A stretch of 64,000 nucleotides of DNA. Source: Dehalococcoidia bacterium. Lineage in GTDB: Bacteria; Chloroflexota; Dehalococcoidia; Bin125. The DNA lies in contig CAXXRD010000003.1 in NCBI GenBank assembly GCA_963663895.2, positions 224,001-288,000 on the forward strand, in the 5' to 3' direction. The position numbers and the translations under genes were made by a program. This document shows, piece by piece, positions 9,989 to 19,360 of this stretch (positions within the stretch are counted from its first letter, which is position 1; every line of letters begins with the position of its first letter). Under the pieces are notes generated by a model. That model ran no database searches and was not told the origin of the DNA. It saw nothing but the letters and a program-made list of their open reading frames with translations.

Positions 9989-10668
9989 TCCGGCTACAGC
10001 CGCCGCGGGCGGGTCCAGGACTGATCGGCAGGCCCGGCTGTGGCAGCTGTGGCTGCCTCATCCTGCTAAGTCTGCTGATCATCGTGATAGCGCTGCTGGC
10101 CACCGGCTATTTCTGGGGCCTCACGCCGGTCGGCCCCGGTGTGGAGGCGGGACGCTACAGCGTGCGGACGGCGGACGGAAGGATCCGTACGGAGCAGATC
10201 GGTACCCAACCGGCGCAGCGTTTCGACCTGAAGGTGCGCGATACGGAAGCGATCCCGCTGCAAAGCAACATCGCCATCGACATCATTTTCAGCGAGGCCG
10301 AAATCAACTCCAAGCTGCTGGAGCTGTTGGAAGAAAAGCGCCGAGAAGACCCAAACCTCAACATCACTAGCGCACTGATCGTGCTGCATCCCAGCGAGGC
10401 GACCGCCTTCGTCAATGGCGGCCTGCTCAGCCGCGATGCGGGGGTCGAGGTGGGCGTCACGTTCGGCATCGACGAAGAGAAGCAGCTCGACATCGACGTG
10501 AAGCGCGTCCGAACCGGGAAACTCCCACCGATCCCGTTCGGCGGCGCGATCGCCAACGCACTGATCGAACGCTCGGGGCTGGAGGAGCGCTTGGAAGCAG
10601 AATTCCCTACCCGCGTGAGCGCGGTGCGCATCGAAGAGGGCCGCCTGATCGTGGAGGTGACGCCCTAA
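9985..10668 (+). CDS. Membrane-anchored hypothetical protein
   Basis: GCGSCGC followed by one hydrophobic helix and a beta-rich C-domain (FSEAEIN...VRIEEGRLIV); coupled to the upstream stop. Confidence 0.7.
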   Translation: MIRLQPPRAGPGLIGRPGCGSCGCLILLSLLIIVIALLATGYFWGLTPVGPGVEAGRYSVRTADGRIRTEQIGTQPAQRFDLKVRDTEAIPLQSNIAIDIIFSEAEINSKLLELLEEKRREDPNLNITSALIVLHPSEATAFVNGGLLSRDAGVEVGVTFGIDEEKQLDIDVKRVRTGKLPPIPFGGAIANALIERSGLEERLEAEFPTRVSAVRIEEGRLIVEVTP

Positions 10669-10801
10669 GGCATCGCCGAGGACGCGCCAACCCCGATCGC
10701 GGGGCGTTCTCGCGACGAAACCGAGGAGGCATTGGAACAAGACCGCTCGCGTACCAGAGAAAGTTCCGCAGGCTCCCGACGTAACTGTGGGAGCGCGCCC
10801 G

Positions 10802-10807
10802 TATACT
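10802..10807 (+). promoter_or_regulatory. Candidate -10 box, leaderless arrangement
   Basis: TATACT, 7 nt before ATG 10815; no Shine-Dalgarno. Confidence 0.55.
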
Positions 10808-10814
10808 GCACCCT

Positions 10815-11222
10815 ATGCAAGCGCCCTACTGTCCAAGCTGCCGCGAAAAGGTCGATCGAGGAGACCACTTCTGTCGTCATTGCGGCGTTGCACTCCTCGC
10901 GTATCGAGCGGCCACGGTAAGCGAGGCGGATCGGAGTGCCGCCAGCGAGCAGGCACTGACCGTACGCGAGGCGGAGATCCTGCCGGCCGTACGCGCCGAT
11001 CTCCGAGCGCTGCAGCCAGCCGTTGTGCGAACCATGGGCGTACTCGCTGCGGCGGGATTCTTGGAGTGGGCGGTACGCCGGGGCACCCGTGATCTCATTG
11101 AGGATGGGTTCGGCCTGCTGGGTCGCCGGGCAGCCAAACCCAAGACGCTCAGTCGGCGGGCCAACGGCACCGCGAAGGTCGAAACGCTCGTGATTCAGCA
11201 GCGGGTGTCGCTGCAGCAGTAG
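10815..11222 (+). CDS. Zinc-ribbon domain protein
   Basis: YCPSC...FCRHCG at the N-terminus. Confidence 0.75.
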   Translation: MQAPYCPSCREKVDRGDHFCRHCGVALLAYRAATVSEADRSAASEQALTVREAEILPAVRADLRALQPAVVRTMGVLAAAGFLEWAVRRGTRDLIEDGFGLLGRRAAKPKTLSRRANGTAKVETLVIQQRVSLQQ

Positions 11223-11274
11223 GAGCCCGTCGACGAGCCGGGCCGCCGAATACCCTCCGTACTGAATCGACTGA

Positions 11275-12624
11275 ATGGTAGTGCGCTCTCGTTCGACGCT
11301 CTGGATCGGAATCGCAATCGTCCTCGGAACGGCGGTCAGCGGGCGCATCACACCGTTGAGCGGCCAGGAGACGCCGCCGCTCATGATTTCGGAGGTGCTG
11401 GTCGACAGCCACCAAGCTGGTGAAGAGGCAGCATACGAGTGGGTCGAGATCGTCAACCGCTCCGATGGAGCGGTTTCGCTGAGCGGCTGGCAACTCGAAG
11501 ACAACAACGCAGCCGACCTACTCCCCGACTTCATCGTGCCAGCGGGCGCTTTCGTGGTGATCGCGGCAACCACCGATGCGTTCGCCACAGACCTACAACC
11601 ACCGCTCCTGCTCACGCTCAGCGACGGCCGCATCGGCAACGGGCTCGCAAACTCGGGTGACCGCTTGGTGCTGCGAAATCCGTCCGGCACCGCGATCGAT
11701 GGAGTCTCGTGGGGCGACGACCAGTCGATCGCGACACTGCCCGCTCCCGCTGCGGGCGAGACGCTGGCGCGGACGACACCAGAGGCCGCTTTTCAGCTGG
11801 CGGCGCCGAGCCCAGGTGCGGCCGCGGCGCCGAGCCCCGAACCAGCCGTCGCACCCAACTCCGACACAACCGCAGCGCCCAACTCCGAGCCACCCGTCGC
11901 ACCCAGTTCCGAGTCAGTCGTTGCGCCTAGTTCCGACCCAACTGTCGCGCCTAGCCCTGACGCGGCCGCAGCGCCCTCAACCGCACCCGACGAGCCACCG
12001 CCGCTACGCCTGAGCGAGATCTTCAGCAACCCTGAAGGCAAGAGCGACAACGCATACGAGTGGGTCGAAATCTTCAACCCCACCGACCGCCCGGTGGAAC
12101 TCACCGGCTGGCGTATCAGCGACAACAACGCCAGCGATATCCTCGATTCGGGCCTCCTTCCCCCCGGCGAATACGTTGCCATCGCAGGAAGCGCGGAGGC
12201 CGTCGAGAAGTTCGACGGCGCGCCGATCCCGATCGTGATCCAGGACGGACGCATCGGGAACGGCCTCGCAAACGGGGGCGATACCGTGACGATCCAGGAC
12301 CCGGCAGGGCGGACGGTCGACAGTGTCGACTACGGGTCGTCCCGACTGCCCCCGCCGGAAGAGGGCCGATCGATCGCGCGAACCGACGACGGTTGGGTGA
12401 TCAATGCGGCACCGTCACCCGGATGGGCCGCCGTCGAGCCTCCGTTGGCCAGCCCACCAATCGAGCGGGGTTCCGACGGCGATGGGGCCCCGGACAGCTT
12501 CCCGGAAGACGCGGGCCGGGGCGTGCCGGCTTGGGTCTTGATAGCGATCGCGCTGGGTGTGCCACTTGCCGCCACCGCGGGACACGCGGCCTGGCACCGG
12601 CGCGGGGCGTGGACGCGTGGCTGA
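11275..12624 (+). CDS. Secreted/anchored protein with two lamin-tail domains
   Basis: Signal-like N-terminus; two copies of [IL]SE...EWVEI.N...V.L.GW...DN...GRIGNGLAN.GD; C-terminal hydrophobic helix followed by HRR. Confidence 0.85.
   Translation: MVVRSRSTLWIGIAIVLGTAVSGRITPLSGQETPPLMISEVLVDSHQAGEEAAYEWVEIVNRSDGAVSLSGWQLEDNNAADLLPDFIVPAGAFVVIAATTDAFATDLQPPLLLTLSDGRIGNGLANSGDRLVLRNPSGTAIDGVSWGDDQSIATLPAPAAGETLARTTPEAAFQLAAPSPGAAAAPSPEPAVAPNSDTTAAPNSEPPVAPSSESVVAPSSDPTVAPSPDAAAAPSTAPDEPPPLRLSEIFSNPEGKSDNAYEWVEIFNPTDRPVELTGWRISDNNASDILDSGLLPPGEYVAIAGSAEAVEKFDGAPIPIVIQDGRIGNGLANGGDTVTIQDPAGRTVDSVDYGSSRLPPPEEGRSIARTDDGWVINAAPSPGWAAVEPPLASPPIERGSDGDGAPDSFPEDAGRGVPAWVLIAIALGVPLAATAGHAAWHRRGAWTRG
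11803..11970 (+). repeat. Seven degenerate 24-bp tandem repeats (AP[SN][PS]xxx[AV]) in the linker
   Basis: APSPGAAA/APSPEPAV/APNSDTTA/APNSEPPV/APSSESVV/APSSDPTV/APSPDAAA. Confidence 0.85.
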
Positions 12625-13432
12625 CCGCGCAGCAGCGACGAGCGAACCTCACGGAGCCATCACCGAGCGTGCACGACTCCAGGTCGTCTTAGCGCGCGCG
12701 GGAATCGCATCCCGCCGCGCCACCGCCAAGCTGGTCGCAGCAGGACGCGTTCGCGTCAACGGCGAAGTCGTGCGCGATGCGAGCCGACGAGTCGATCCCT
12801 CCCGAGACACGATCCTGCTGGATGGAAATCCCGCAGGGACTTCGGAACCTCTGCGCTACTACGCGCTCCACAAGCCTCGCGGGGTGTTATCGAGTGCAGG
12901 AGACAAGCGAGGACGGCGCACGGTCATCGATCTATTACCCAAGAACTCGGGTCGCTGCGTACCGGTAGGACGGTTGGACTACGACAGCGAAGGGCTCCTA
13001 CTGCTCACCAACGACGGACCACTCGTCACAAGCTTGCTTCACCCAAGCGGAGAAGTGCCGCGCGAGTACCTGGTCGAGGTCGAGGGACACGTTTCCGACG
13101 CCACGCTCGACGCGATCTTTACCGGGGTCACCTTGCCGGACGGCAGCACGGCCTCCGCGAAACCGAAACGCTCGCACCGATCAGGCCGAGAGTCTTCCTG
13201 GCTCGTACTGACGCTCCGGCGCGGGCGCAAGCATGAGGTGCGTCAGATCTGCGCAGCAGTGGGGCATCCCGTACGACGTCTGATCCGGGTACGGTTCGGT
13301 CCGATCCGCCTGCGCGACTTGGAGCCAGGCGCGGTGCGGCCGCTGACGGATCGGGAGGTCCGCCTGATCCGACAGCGGAGCAAGAAGCAAGCGGCGAAAC
13401 AGCTGAGCCCGGCAAGCACTCGCCCCGGCTAA
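12617..13432 (+). CDS. rluB: rRNA pseudouridine synthase (RluB/RsuA family)
   Basis: S4 domain RLQVVLARAGIASRR, HKPRG, VGRLDYDSEGLLLLTNDG, GRKHEVR. GTG 12617 taken as start. Confidence 0.88.
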   Translation: MADRAAATSEPHGAITERARLQVVLARAGIASRRATAKLVAAGRVRVNGEVVRDASRRVDPSRDTILLDGNPAGTSEPLRYYALHKPRGVLSSAGDKRGRRTVIDLLPKNSGRCVPVGRLDYDSEGLLLLTNDGPLVTSLLHPSGEVPREYLVEVEGHVSDATLDAIFTGVTLPDGSTASAKPKRSHRSGRESSWLVLTLRRGRKHEVRQICAAVGHPVRRLIRVRFGPIRLRDLEPGAVRPLTDREVRLIRQRSKKQAAKQLSPASTRPG

Positions 13433-13458
13433 TCGGCTGCTCGTAGCAACCCCAACCG

Positions 13459-13464
13459 TATAAT
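13459..13464 (+). promoter_or_regulatory. Consensus -10 box for cmk, leaderless arrangement
   Basis: TATAAT, 5 nt before GTG 13470 and 8 nt before ATG 13473. Confidence 0.6.
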
Positions 13465-13469
13465 CGATT

Positions 13470-14183
13470 GTGATGTCGAACGCGGCCCCCCTGAGTGTGA
13501 TCGCGATTGACGGGCCAGTGGCGTCGGGAAAAACCGTGCTGGGGCGACGACTGGCCGAACGGCTCGGCTGGCGCGCCCTCGACACCGGAGTAATGTACCG
13601 CGCTCTGACCTGGCTGGCGCTCGAGCGTGGCGTCGACCTGCAAGATGAAACGGCCCTGACGCGCTTGGCAGAAGAGACAAAGCTCGAGGTGGGGCCGCCA
13701 CCGCCCGCAAGCAGCGAGAGCGCGACGATCATCGTCGATGGACTGGATGCCACTCCTCACCTGCGTTCCTCCCACGTTGAGGCGAGTGTGTCGATAGTCG
13801 CAGCGGTGCCCGGCGTGCGACGGCGGATGGTGCAGCTACAGCGGGAAGAGGCACAGCAGGGCCGGATCGTAATGATGGGCCGAGACATCGGGACGGTGGT
13901 CGTCGAGGAGGCCGCCGTGAAGATCTACTTAGAGGCGTCGCCAGAGGTGCGGGCGCAGCGACGGGCAGCGGAGCGGCGCGCCGGCGGCGCGACAGTCGAG
14001 GAGGCCTCCGTGCTCGAGGAATTGGACAACCGCGATCGGCGAGACAAGAAACGAGATGATTCGCCTCTGCGTCCGTCGAAAGGCGCCCAACGCCTTAACA
14101 CGGATGACATGAGCATCGAAGAGACTGTAAAAGCAGCGCTGCGCATTGCAGAGAGCAGGCTGCCGAAGGAGCTCTTGCTGTGA
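13470..14183 (+). CDS. cmk: Cytidylate kinase
   Basis: IAIDGPVASGKT, DTGVMYRA, GRDIGTVV, RD..D..R..SPL. Confidence 0.96.
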   Translation: MMSNAAPLSVIAIDGPVASGKTVLGRRLAERLGWRALDTGVMYRALTWLALERGVDLQDETALTRLAEETKLEVGPPPPASSESATIIVDGLDATPHLRSSHVEASVSIVAAVPGVRRRMVQLQREEAQQGRIVMMGRDIGTVVVEEAAVKIYLEASPEVRAQRRAAERRAGGATVEEASVLEELDNRDRRDKKRDDSPLRPSKGAQRLNTDDMSIEETVKAALRIAESRLPKELLL

Positions 14184-14986
14184 GTCCCTGGCTCAAGCTG
14201 CGGCGGGAATTCTTACGGGCGACGATCGGCGAATCGAAATTGTTGCTGCGAGTCGAGATGCCCGCCATGCCGAATCCCTGGTGGCCCTGGTATTACGGAT
14301 GCGTGCTGGCCTGTCGCTGGTACTTCCGGCTAGGGGCGCGGCTCGAGGTAATCGGGATGGAACATCTGCCCAAAGGCGGAGGCTGGATGTTCGCATCCAA
14401 TCACCTCTCGTCGGCAGACCCGTCGCTCCTCACCAGCATCCTGCTCCCCCGCTGGGTACGCTATATGGGCAAGATCGAGCTGTTTCGGAAGCCCGTACTG
14501 GGATTTCTCTTCGCGCTCTCGGGAACGTTCCCCGTTCGCCGCTTCGATCGTGACCTCGGAGCGCTCCGGGAGGCGGAGGCGCTACTCGCAGCGGGGGAGA
14601 TCGTGGGGATGTTCCCGGAGGGGCATCGCTCCGAGACGGGCGCATTAATCGAGGCGCACCCCGGCACAGCGCTAATCGCGCTGCGCTCGAACGCGCCGGT
14701 GGTACCAGTCGCCATCACAGGTAGCGAAGCCTTCCGCAAGGGTCCGTTGAGCAGCTTGCGCCAGCCGAAGGTGCGGGTGATCTTCGGCAAGCCCTTTCAA
14801 TTCCATCACAGGGGAAGAGCGCGTCGCGCAGATGTCGAAGCGGCTTCGGAGCGCATCATGCGAGAAATTGCCGCGCGTCTACCAGCCCACTATCGTGGAG
14901 TCTACTTGGAGCGCTTCCGCGACCTGCCGAGCAAGGCCAGCATCGATGGCCCAAGGGAGGCCGTCGCCACAGAATCGAGGGCGTAA
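14180..14986 (+). CDS. plsC: 1-acyl-sn-glycerol-3-phosphate acyltransferase
   Basis: NHLSSAD (HX4D), FPVRR, FPEGHRS, VVPVAI. True start may be a later ATG. Confidence 0.88.
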   Translation: MSPWLKLRREFLRATIGESKLLLRVEMPAMPNPWWPWYYGCVLACRWYFRLGARLEVIGMEHLPKGGGWMFASNHLSSADPSLLTSILLPRWVRYMGKIELFRKPVLGFLFALSGTFPVRRFDRDLGALREAEALLAAGEIVGMFPEGHRSETGALIEAHPGTALIALRSNAPVVPVAITGSEAFRKGPLSSLRQPKVRVIFGKPFQFHHRGRARRADVEAASERIMREIAARLPAHYRGVYLERFRDLPSKASIDGPREAVATESRA

Positions 14987-15849
14987 TGAGAATCGTTCGC
15001 TCGCGCGACATGGGGTTCTGTTTCGGCGTGCGCCGCGCCGTGGACATGATGAAGGAAGCGGCGACGGAAGGCCGTGAGGTGACAACGCTGGGAATGGTGG
15101 TCCACAACCCCCAAGTGGTTCAGCAGCTGGAGAAGGTAGGGATCTACAACAACGAGCACAGGACGACAGAGGGCGTGGCCACCAACACGGTCGCCATCAC
15201 CGCGCACGGTGTAGGTGAAGATATGATCGACGAGATCAAGCGCGAAGGCCATCAGGTGATCGATACGACGTGCCAATTCGTCGTGCGGTCACAGCGCGCG
15301 GCCAAGCACCTCGCTGAAGCGGGCTTCACGATCATCATCTTCGGCGACCCCGAGCACCCCGAGGTCAAAGGCGTCATGGGATGGACCAAAGGGCGGGGGA
15401 TCGTAGTGCCCTCGGAGGATTTGGAAGGCCTGCCTCCGGTACTGCCCAGTAAGGTCGGCGTGATCTCCCAGACAACCCACACGCCGGAGCGCTTTGCCCG
15501 CTTCGTCGGCAACCTCATGACCGCACGCATCGATCAGATCACCGACCTGCGCGTGGTCAACGTGCTGTGCAACGCGACCACCTCACAGCAAGCGGCGACG
15601 CGCGACCTTGCGAGCGAAGTGGATCTGATGATCGTAGTCGGCGGTCACAACAGCGCGAATACTCGGCACCTGGCCGAGCTAAGTCGCGCGAACGGCGTTA
15701 CCACCTACCACGTGGAAACCGCGGCGGAGCTGGAAGACGAATGGTTCGATGGCTTCGAAACCATCGGCGTGACGGCCGGTGCGTCGACGCCGGACTTCTC
15801 GATCGACGAAGTCGTCAGGCGGATCGAGGCGATCGGCCACATCAACTGA
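14986..15849 (+). CDS. ispH: 4-hydroxy-3-methylbut-2-enyl diphosphate reductase
   Basis: GFCFGV, VHN, AHG, DTTC.FV, HPEV, SQTT, CNAT, SANT, GASTP; three Fe-S Cys present. Confidence 0.97.
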   Translation: MRIVRSRDMGFCFGVRRAVDMMKEAATEGREVTTLGMVVHNPQVVQQLEKVGIYNNEHRTTEGVATNTVAITAHGVGEDMIDEIKREGHQVIDTTCQFVVRSQRAAKHLAEAGFTIIIFGDPEHPEVKGVMGWTKGRGIVVPSEDLEGLPPVLPSKVGVISQTTHTPERFARFVGNLMTARIDQITDLRVVNVLCNATTSQQAATRDLASEVDLMIVVGGHNSANTRHLAELSRANGVTTYHVETAAELEDEWFDGFETIGVTAGASTPDFSIDEVVRRIEAIGHIN

Positions 15850-15866
15850 GGTCCGATCGGCTGCCC

Positions 15867-17267
15867 ATGGCCGACTCCCCCCCACAGCGCGGGCGCATCG
15901 CCGCAGTCACGCCGGGCAGCCTCGCCGAGGAGGCGGGCTTGCGCCCCGGCGATCGCGTCGTGGCGGTGAACCAGACCACGCTGCGGGACCAGATCGACTA
16001 TCGCTTCGAGACTGCCGAGTCCGTCGTCGAGCTGACGGTGGAAGGAGAGCACGGGCGGGGATACGTCGAGTTCACGAAAGCGCCTGACGAACCGCTGGGG
16101 ATCGAATTCGCCGACGACGCCTTCGACTCCACCCGGATCTGCAACAACAAGTGCTTCTTCTGCTTCCTCAAAGGCCTACCCAAAGGATTGCGCCGGACGC
16201 TCTACATCAAGGATGACGATTACCGGCTCTCTTTATTGCACGGAAACTTCGTCACGCTCACCAACCTGACAGACGATGACTGGGAGCGGATCGCCGAGCA
16301 GCGCCTGAGCCCGCTCAACGTCTCGGTCCACGCAACGGAGCTGGCGTTACGACGTGAACTGCTGGGGAACCCGCAGGCGCCAGACATCGTGGCGCAACTG
16401 CGGCGGCTGGACCAACTCGGGATCCAGGCGCATACGCAAGTCGTGCTCTGCCCCGGCGTGAACGACGGAGCGGCGCTCGACCGCACCATCGGTGATCTCC
16501 TGAACTTACCGAACGTACAGACGATCGCGGTAGTCCCGGTCGGATCCAGTCTGGAGGCCGACGCGCGCATGCGTCATCCCGGGATGCGGGTGCACACCGT
16601 CAAAGAGACGCGCGTCCTCCTGCGGCAGGTGCGCCGCTGGCAGCGCGTGGCACAGGTACAGCGCGGCGCCGTGACGGTCTTCCCTGCGGACGAGTTCTAC
16701 CTACAGGGACGCGCCCGGATTCCCGGAGCGGCAACTTACGGAGATTTCCCCCAATGGGAGAACGGAATCGGGATGGTGCGCACGCTCCTCGATGACTGGG
16801 CCACGACCCGACAGCGCTTGCAACGGAGAAAAAAGCGCGGCCCGCCCACCTTGGAGCACGTGACGGTCGCGTGCGGCACCCTAATCGCCCCGACGCTGCA
16901 GACGGTAATGACGGAGGCAGGGTCGCTGGTCGGTGCACGAATCGACGTGGTGCCGATCCGAAACTCCCTATTCGGGCCGCGTATCAATGTCTCGGGACTG
17001 CTGCCCGGCAGCGCAATCATCAAGCAGCTGCGGGCCCATGCGCTGGGCGAGCACATTTTCCTGCCACGGGCGAGCTTGGATTATTTCGGCCAGCGCTTCT
17101 TGGATGATGAGACGCCGGCCCAGCTCAGCGCGGCGCTGGAGCGACCCATCGCCTTTGCCTATACCGCAAGCGAGATCGTAGAGTGGGTCACTGCTGCGGC
17201 CGATCATCGTCCGCCCGCAACCCGGGCAGTGCGGTCGAACGGGCGCGCTTGGGCGATCGCGGGGTAG
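15867..17267 (+). CDS. DUF512-family radical-SAM-like Fe-S protein with N-terminal PDZ domain
   Basis: PGSLAEEAGLRPGD (PDZ), CNNKCFFC, LYIKDDDYRLS, TLTN, CPGVNDG, QWENGIG. Confidence 0.9.
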   Translation: MADSPPQRGRIAAVTPGSLAEEAGLRPGDRVVAVNQTTLRDQIDYRFETAESVVELTVEGEHGRGYVEFTKAPDEPLGIEFADDAFDSTRICNNKCFFCFLKGLPKGLRRTLYIKDDDYRLSLLHGNFVTLTNLTDDDWERIAEQRLSPLNVSVHATELALRRELLGNPQAPDIVAQLRRLDQLGIQAHTQVVLCPGVNDGAALDRTIGDLLNLPNVQTIAVVPVGSSLEADARMRHPGMRVHTVKETRVLLRQVRRWQRVAQVQRGAVTVFPADEFYLQGRARIPGAATYGDFPQWENGIGMVRTLLDDWATTRQRLQRRKKRGPPTLEHVTVACGTLIAPTLQTVMTEAGSLVGARIDVVPIRNSLFGPRINVSGLLPGSAIIKQLRAHALGEHIFLPRASLDYFGQRFLDDETPAQLSAALERPIAFAYTASEIVEWVTAAADHRPPATRAVRSNGRAWAIAG

Positions 17268-17282
17268 GGAGCAGCGCCCTTC

Positions 17283-19130
17283 GTGTGCGGAATCATCGGA
17301 TACGTGGGCTTGCAAGCCGCGGGCCCCATCCTTCTTGAGGGTCTGCACCGCCTGGAGTACCGCGGCTACGACAGTAGCGGCATCGCCGTACTCAACCACG
17401 CCGGCGTACTCGCCGTACACAAGCGCGCCGGTAAGCTGGCCGACCTCACCGCCTCCATTGAAGAGCCACCGGACGGCTGCATCGGACTGGGCCACACCCG
17501 CTGGGCGACCCACGGAGCAGCGACCGACCGCAACGCACATCCGCACACATCAAGCGCCGGCGATGTCGTCGTAGTGCACAACGGGATCGTGGAGAACTTC
17601 CGGGAATTGCGATCGCGCCTGCAAATATCCGGGATCGAGACCGTCACGCAGACCGACACGGAAGTGATCCCGCAACTCATCAGCCTCTACCAACAAGAGG
17701 GGTGTGACTTTCTCACCGCCCTGCGCCGCACGATGGCCGTCCTGCGCGGCGGCAACGCCGTCGTGGCGCTCACGCAAGACCGACCCGACCATCTGTATGT
17801 GGCGCGCAACGGCCATGCAGGGGGCGTCGTCCTCGGCTTCGGCGAGGGCGAAATGTTCGTCGCCAGCGACCTGCCCGCTCTGCTCCCCCATACGGCACGG
17901 ATTCGCCACCTCGCCGACGGTGAGATCGCGGCCGTCACCGCAGAAGGAGCCCGGATCTGGGACCGATCCGGCGCCACCGTGCCGATCGAGCCGCTACAGG
18001 TCGACCTCGATCCCGTGGCCGCGATGAAGGGGCAGTACCGGCACTTCATGCTCAAAGAGATCATGGAACAGCCACGCACCCTCTCCGACACGATCCGCGG
18101 CCGGGCACGCATCGACCCGCCCTCCGTGGAGCTAGCCGACCTCCCCATGGACGACGAAGCGTTGCGAGCGCTACGCCGGGTGCTAATCGTGGGGATGGGG
18201 AGTTCGCTGCATGCCGCGATGATCGGCCGCACCTACATGGAGCGGCTGGCCGGCATTCCCGCCGATTTCGACAACGCCTCCGAGTTCCGATCGCGGGAGC
18301 CGCTGCTAGGACCGGAGACGTTGGTCGTCTCGATCAGTCAGTCGGGGGAGACCGTCGATACCCTCGCCGCGATGCAGCAGGTCGCCGAGATCTGGAAGGC
18401 GCCGCAAGTCACGGTCTGTAACGTCGAAGGAGCCCAGTCGACCCGGATCACTGATGGGGCAGCGATCTACCTGCGTTGCGGGCCCGAGATCGGGGTGGCG
18501 TCCACGAAGTGCTTCACCGCCTCGCTGGCGGCGCTCTATCTGCTGGCCTGCCGCATCGGCATCGCACGCGGCCACTTGGACGGACCAACCGCCGAGCATG
18601 CGATCGAGTGTCTGTTGGCCGCCCCCAGCATCGTCGACCGGATGTTGGACCAGCGCGAAGCGTACGAAGCGCTCGCCGCGCGCTTCACGGAGGCGGAGCA
18701 CATGCTCTACATCGCTCGGGGAATCCAGTACCCCATCGCAATGGAGGGAGCACTCAAGTGCAAGGAAATCTCCTACATCCACGCTGAAGGCTACCCGGGG
18801 GGAGAACTCAAACACGGACCGATCGCGCTGATCGACCGCCGGGTGCCAGTAGTGGCGATCGCGCTGCGAGACGCCCTCTACGAGAAGCTCGTGAGCAATA
18901 TCCAGCAGGTGCAGGCGCGGGGCGGGACCGTTTTCGCCATCGGGAGTGCAGGCGACGAGCAGTTAGCCGCAGGCGCTGATTTTTTCGTTCCAGTGCCCGA
19001 GAGCGATCCCCTCGTGGCGCCCCTCGCCACGGCGATCTCCGCACAGCTCATTGCCTACTACCTCGCACTCGCCCGAGGCGCCGACATCGACCAGCCGCGC
19101 CATCTGGCCAAGACGGTCACCGTCGAGTGA
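17283..19130 (+). CDS. glmS: Glutamine-fructose-6-phosphate aminotransferase
   Basis: MCGIIG, LEYRGYDSSG, GHTRWATHG, SQSGET, EGALK.KEISYIHAE, PRHLAKTVTVE. Confidence 0.98.
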   Translation: MCGIIGYVGLQAAGPILLEGLHRLEYRGYDSSGIAVLNHAGVLAVHKRAGKLADLTASIEEPPDGCIGLGHTRWATHGAATDRNAHPHTSSAGDVVVVHNGIVENFRELRSRLQISGIETVTQTDTEVIPQLISLYQQEGCDFLTALRRTMAVLRGGNAVVALTQDRPDHLYVARNGHAGGVVLGFGEGEMFVASDLPALLPHTARIRHLADGEIAAVTAEGARIWDRSGATVPIEPLQVDLDPVAAMKGQYRHFMLKEIMEQPRTLSDTIRGRARIDPPSVELADLPMDDEALRALRRVLIVGMGSSLHAAMIGRTYMERLAGIPADFDNASEFRSREPLLGPETLVVSISQSGETVDTLAAMQQVAEIWKAPQVTVCNVEGAQSTRITDGAAIYLRCGPEIGVASTKCFTASLAALYLLACRIGIARGHLDGPTAEHAIECLLAAPSIVDRMLDQREAYEALAARFTEAEHMLYIARGIQYPIAMEGALKCKEISYIHAEGYPGGELKHGPIALIDRRVPVVAIALRDALYEKLVSNIQQVQARGGTVFAIGSAGDEQLAAGADFFVPVPESDPLVAPLATAISAQLIAYYLALARGADIDQPRHLAKTVTVE

Positions 19131-19360
19131 GTAGCGACGCATGCGCCGTCGCGGTCGATCGACCCCACAACCCCCCTATCCGTCCCTCGGCGGCCAAGCC
19201 TTGGGCAGTACCGTGCCGCCAGATATGCTTGGCCGAATTCGTCGTCCTGCACGCGGCGCCCTGTTCCTCGGGAACTCCGGAACCGGCGGCGACGCTTGAT
19301 AGCTGAGTCGGCCGACCCAGCCCAAGCGGCTCGGCAGCGCAGCAGCGTGAGTAATATATT

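Noticed and set aside
11803-11970. Regular repeats (also 55021-55188 and 62694-62747) as a CRISPR array
   Set aside because: In-frame, degenerate, no unique spacers, no cas genes.
17268-17282. glmS ribozyme
   Set aside because: Only 15 bp separate glmS from the upstream CDS.
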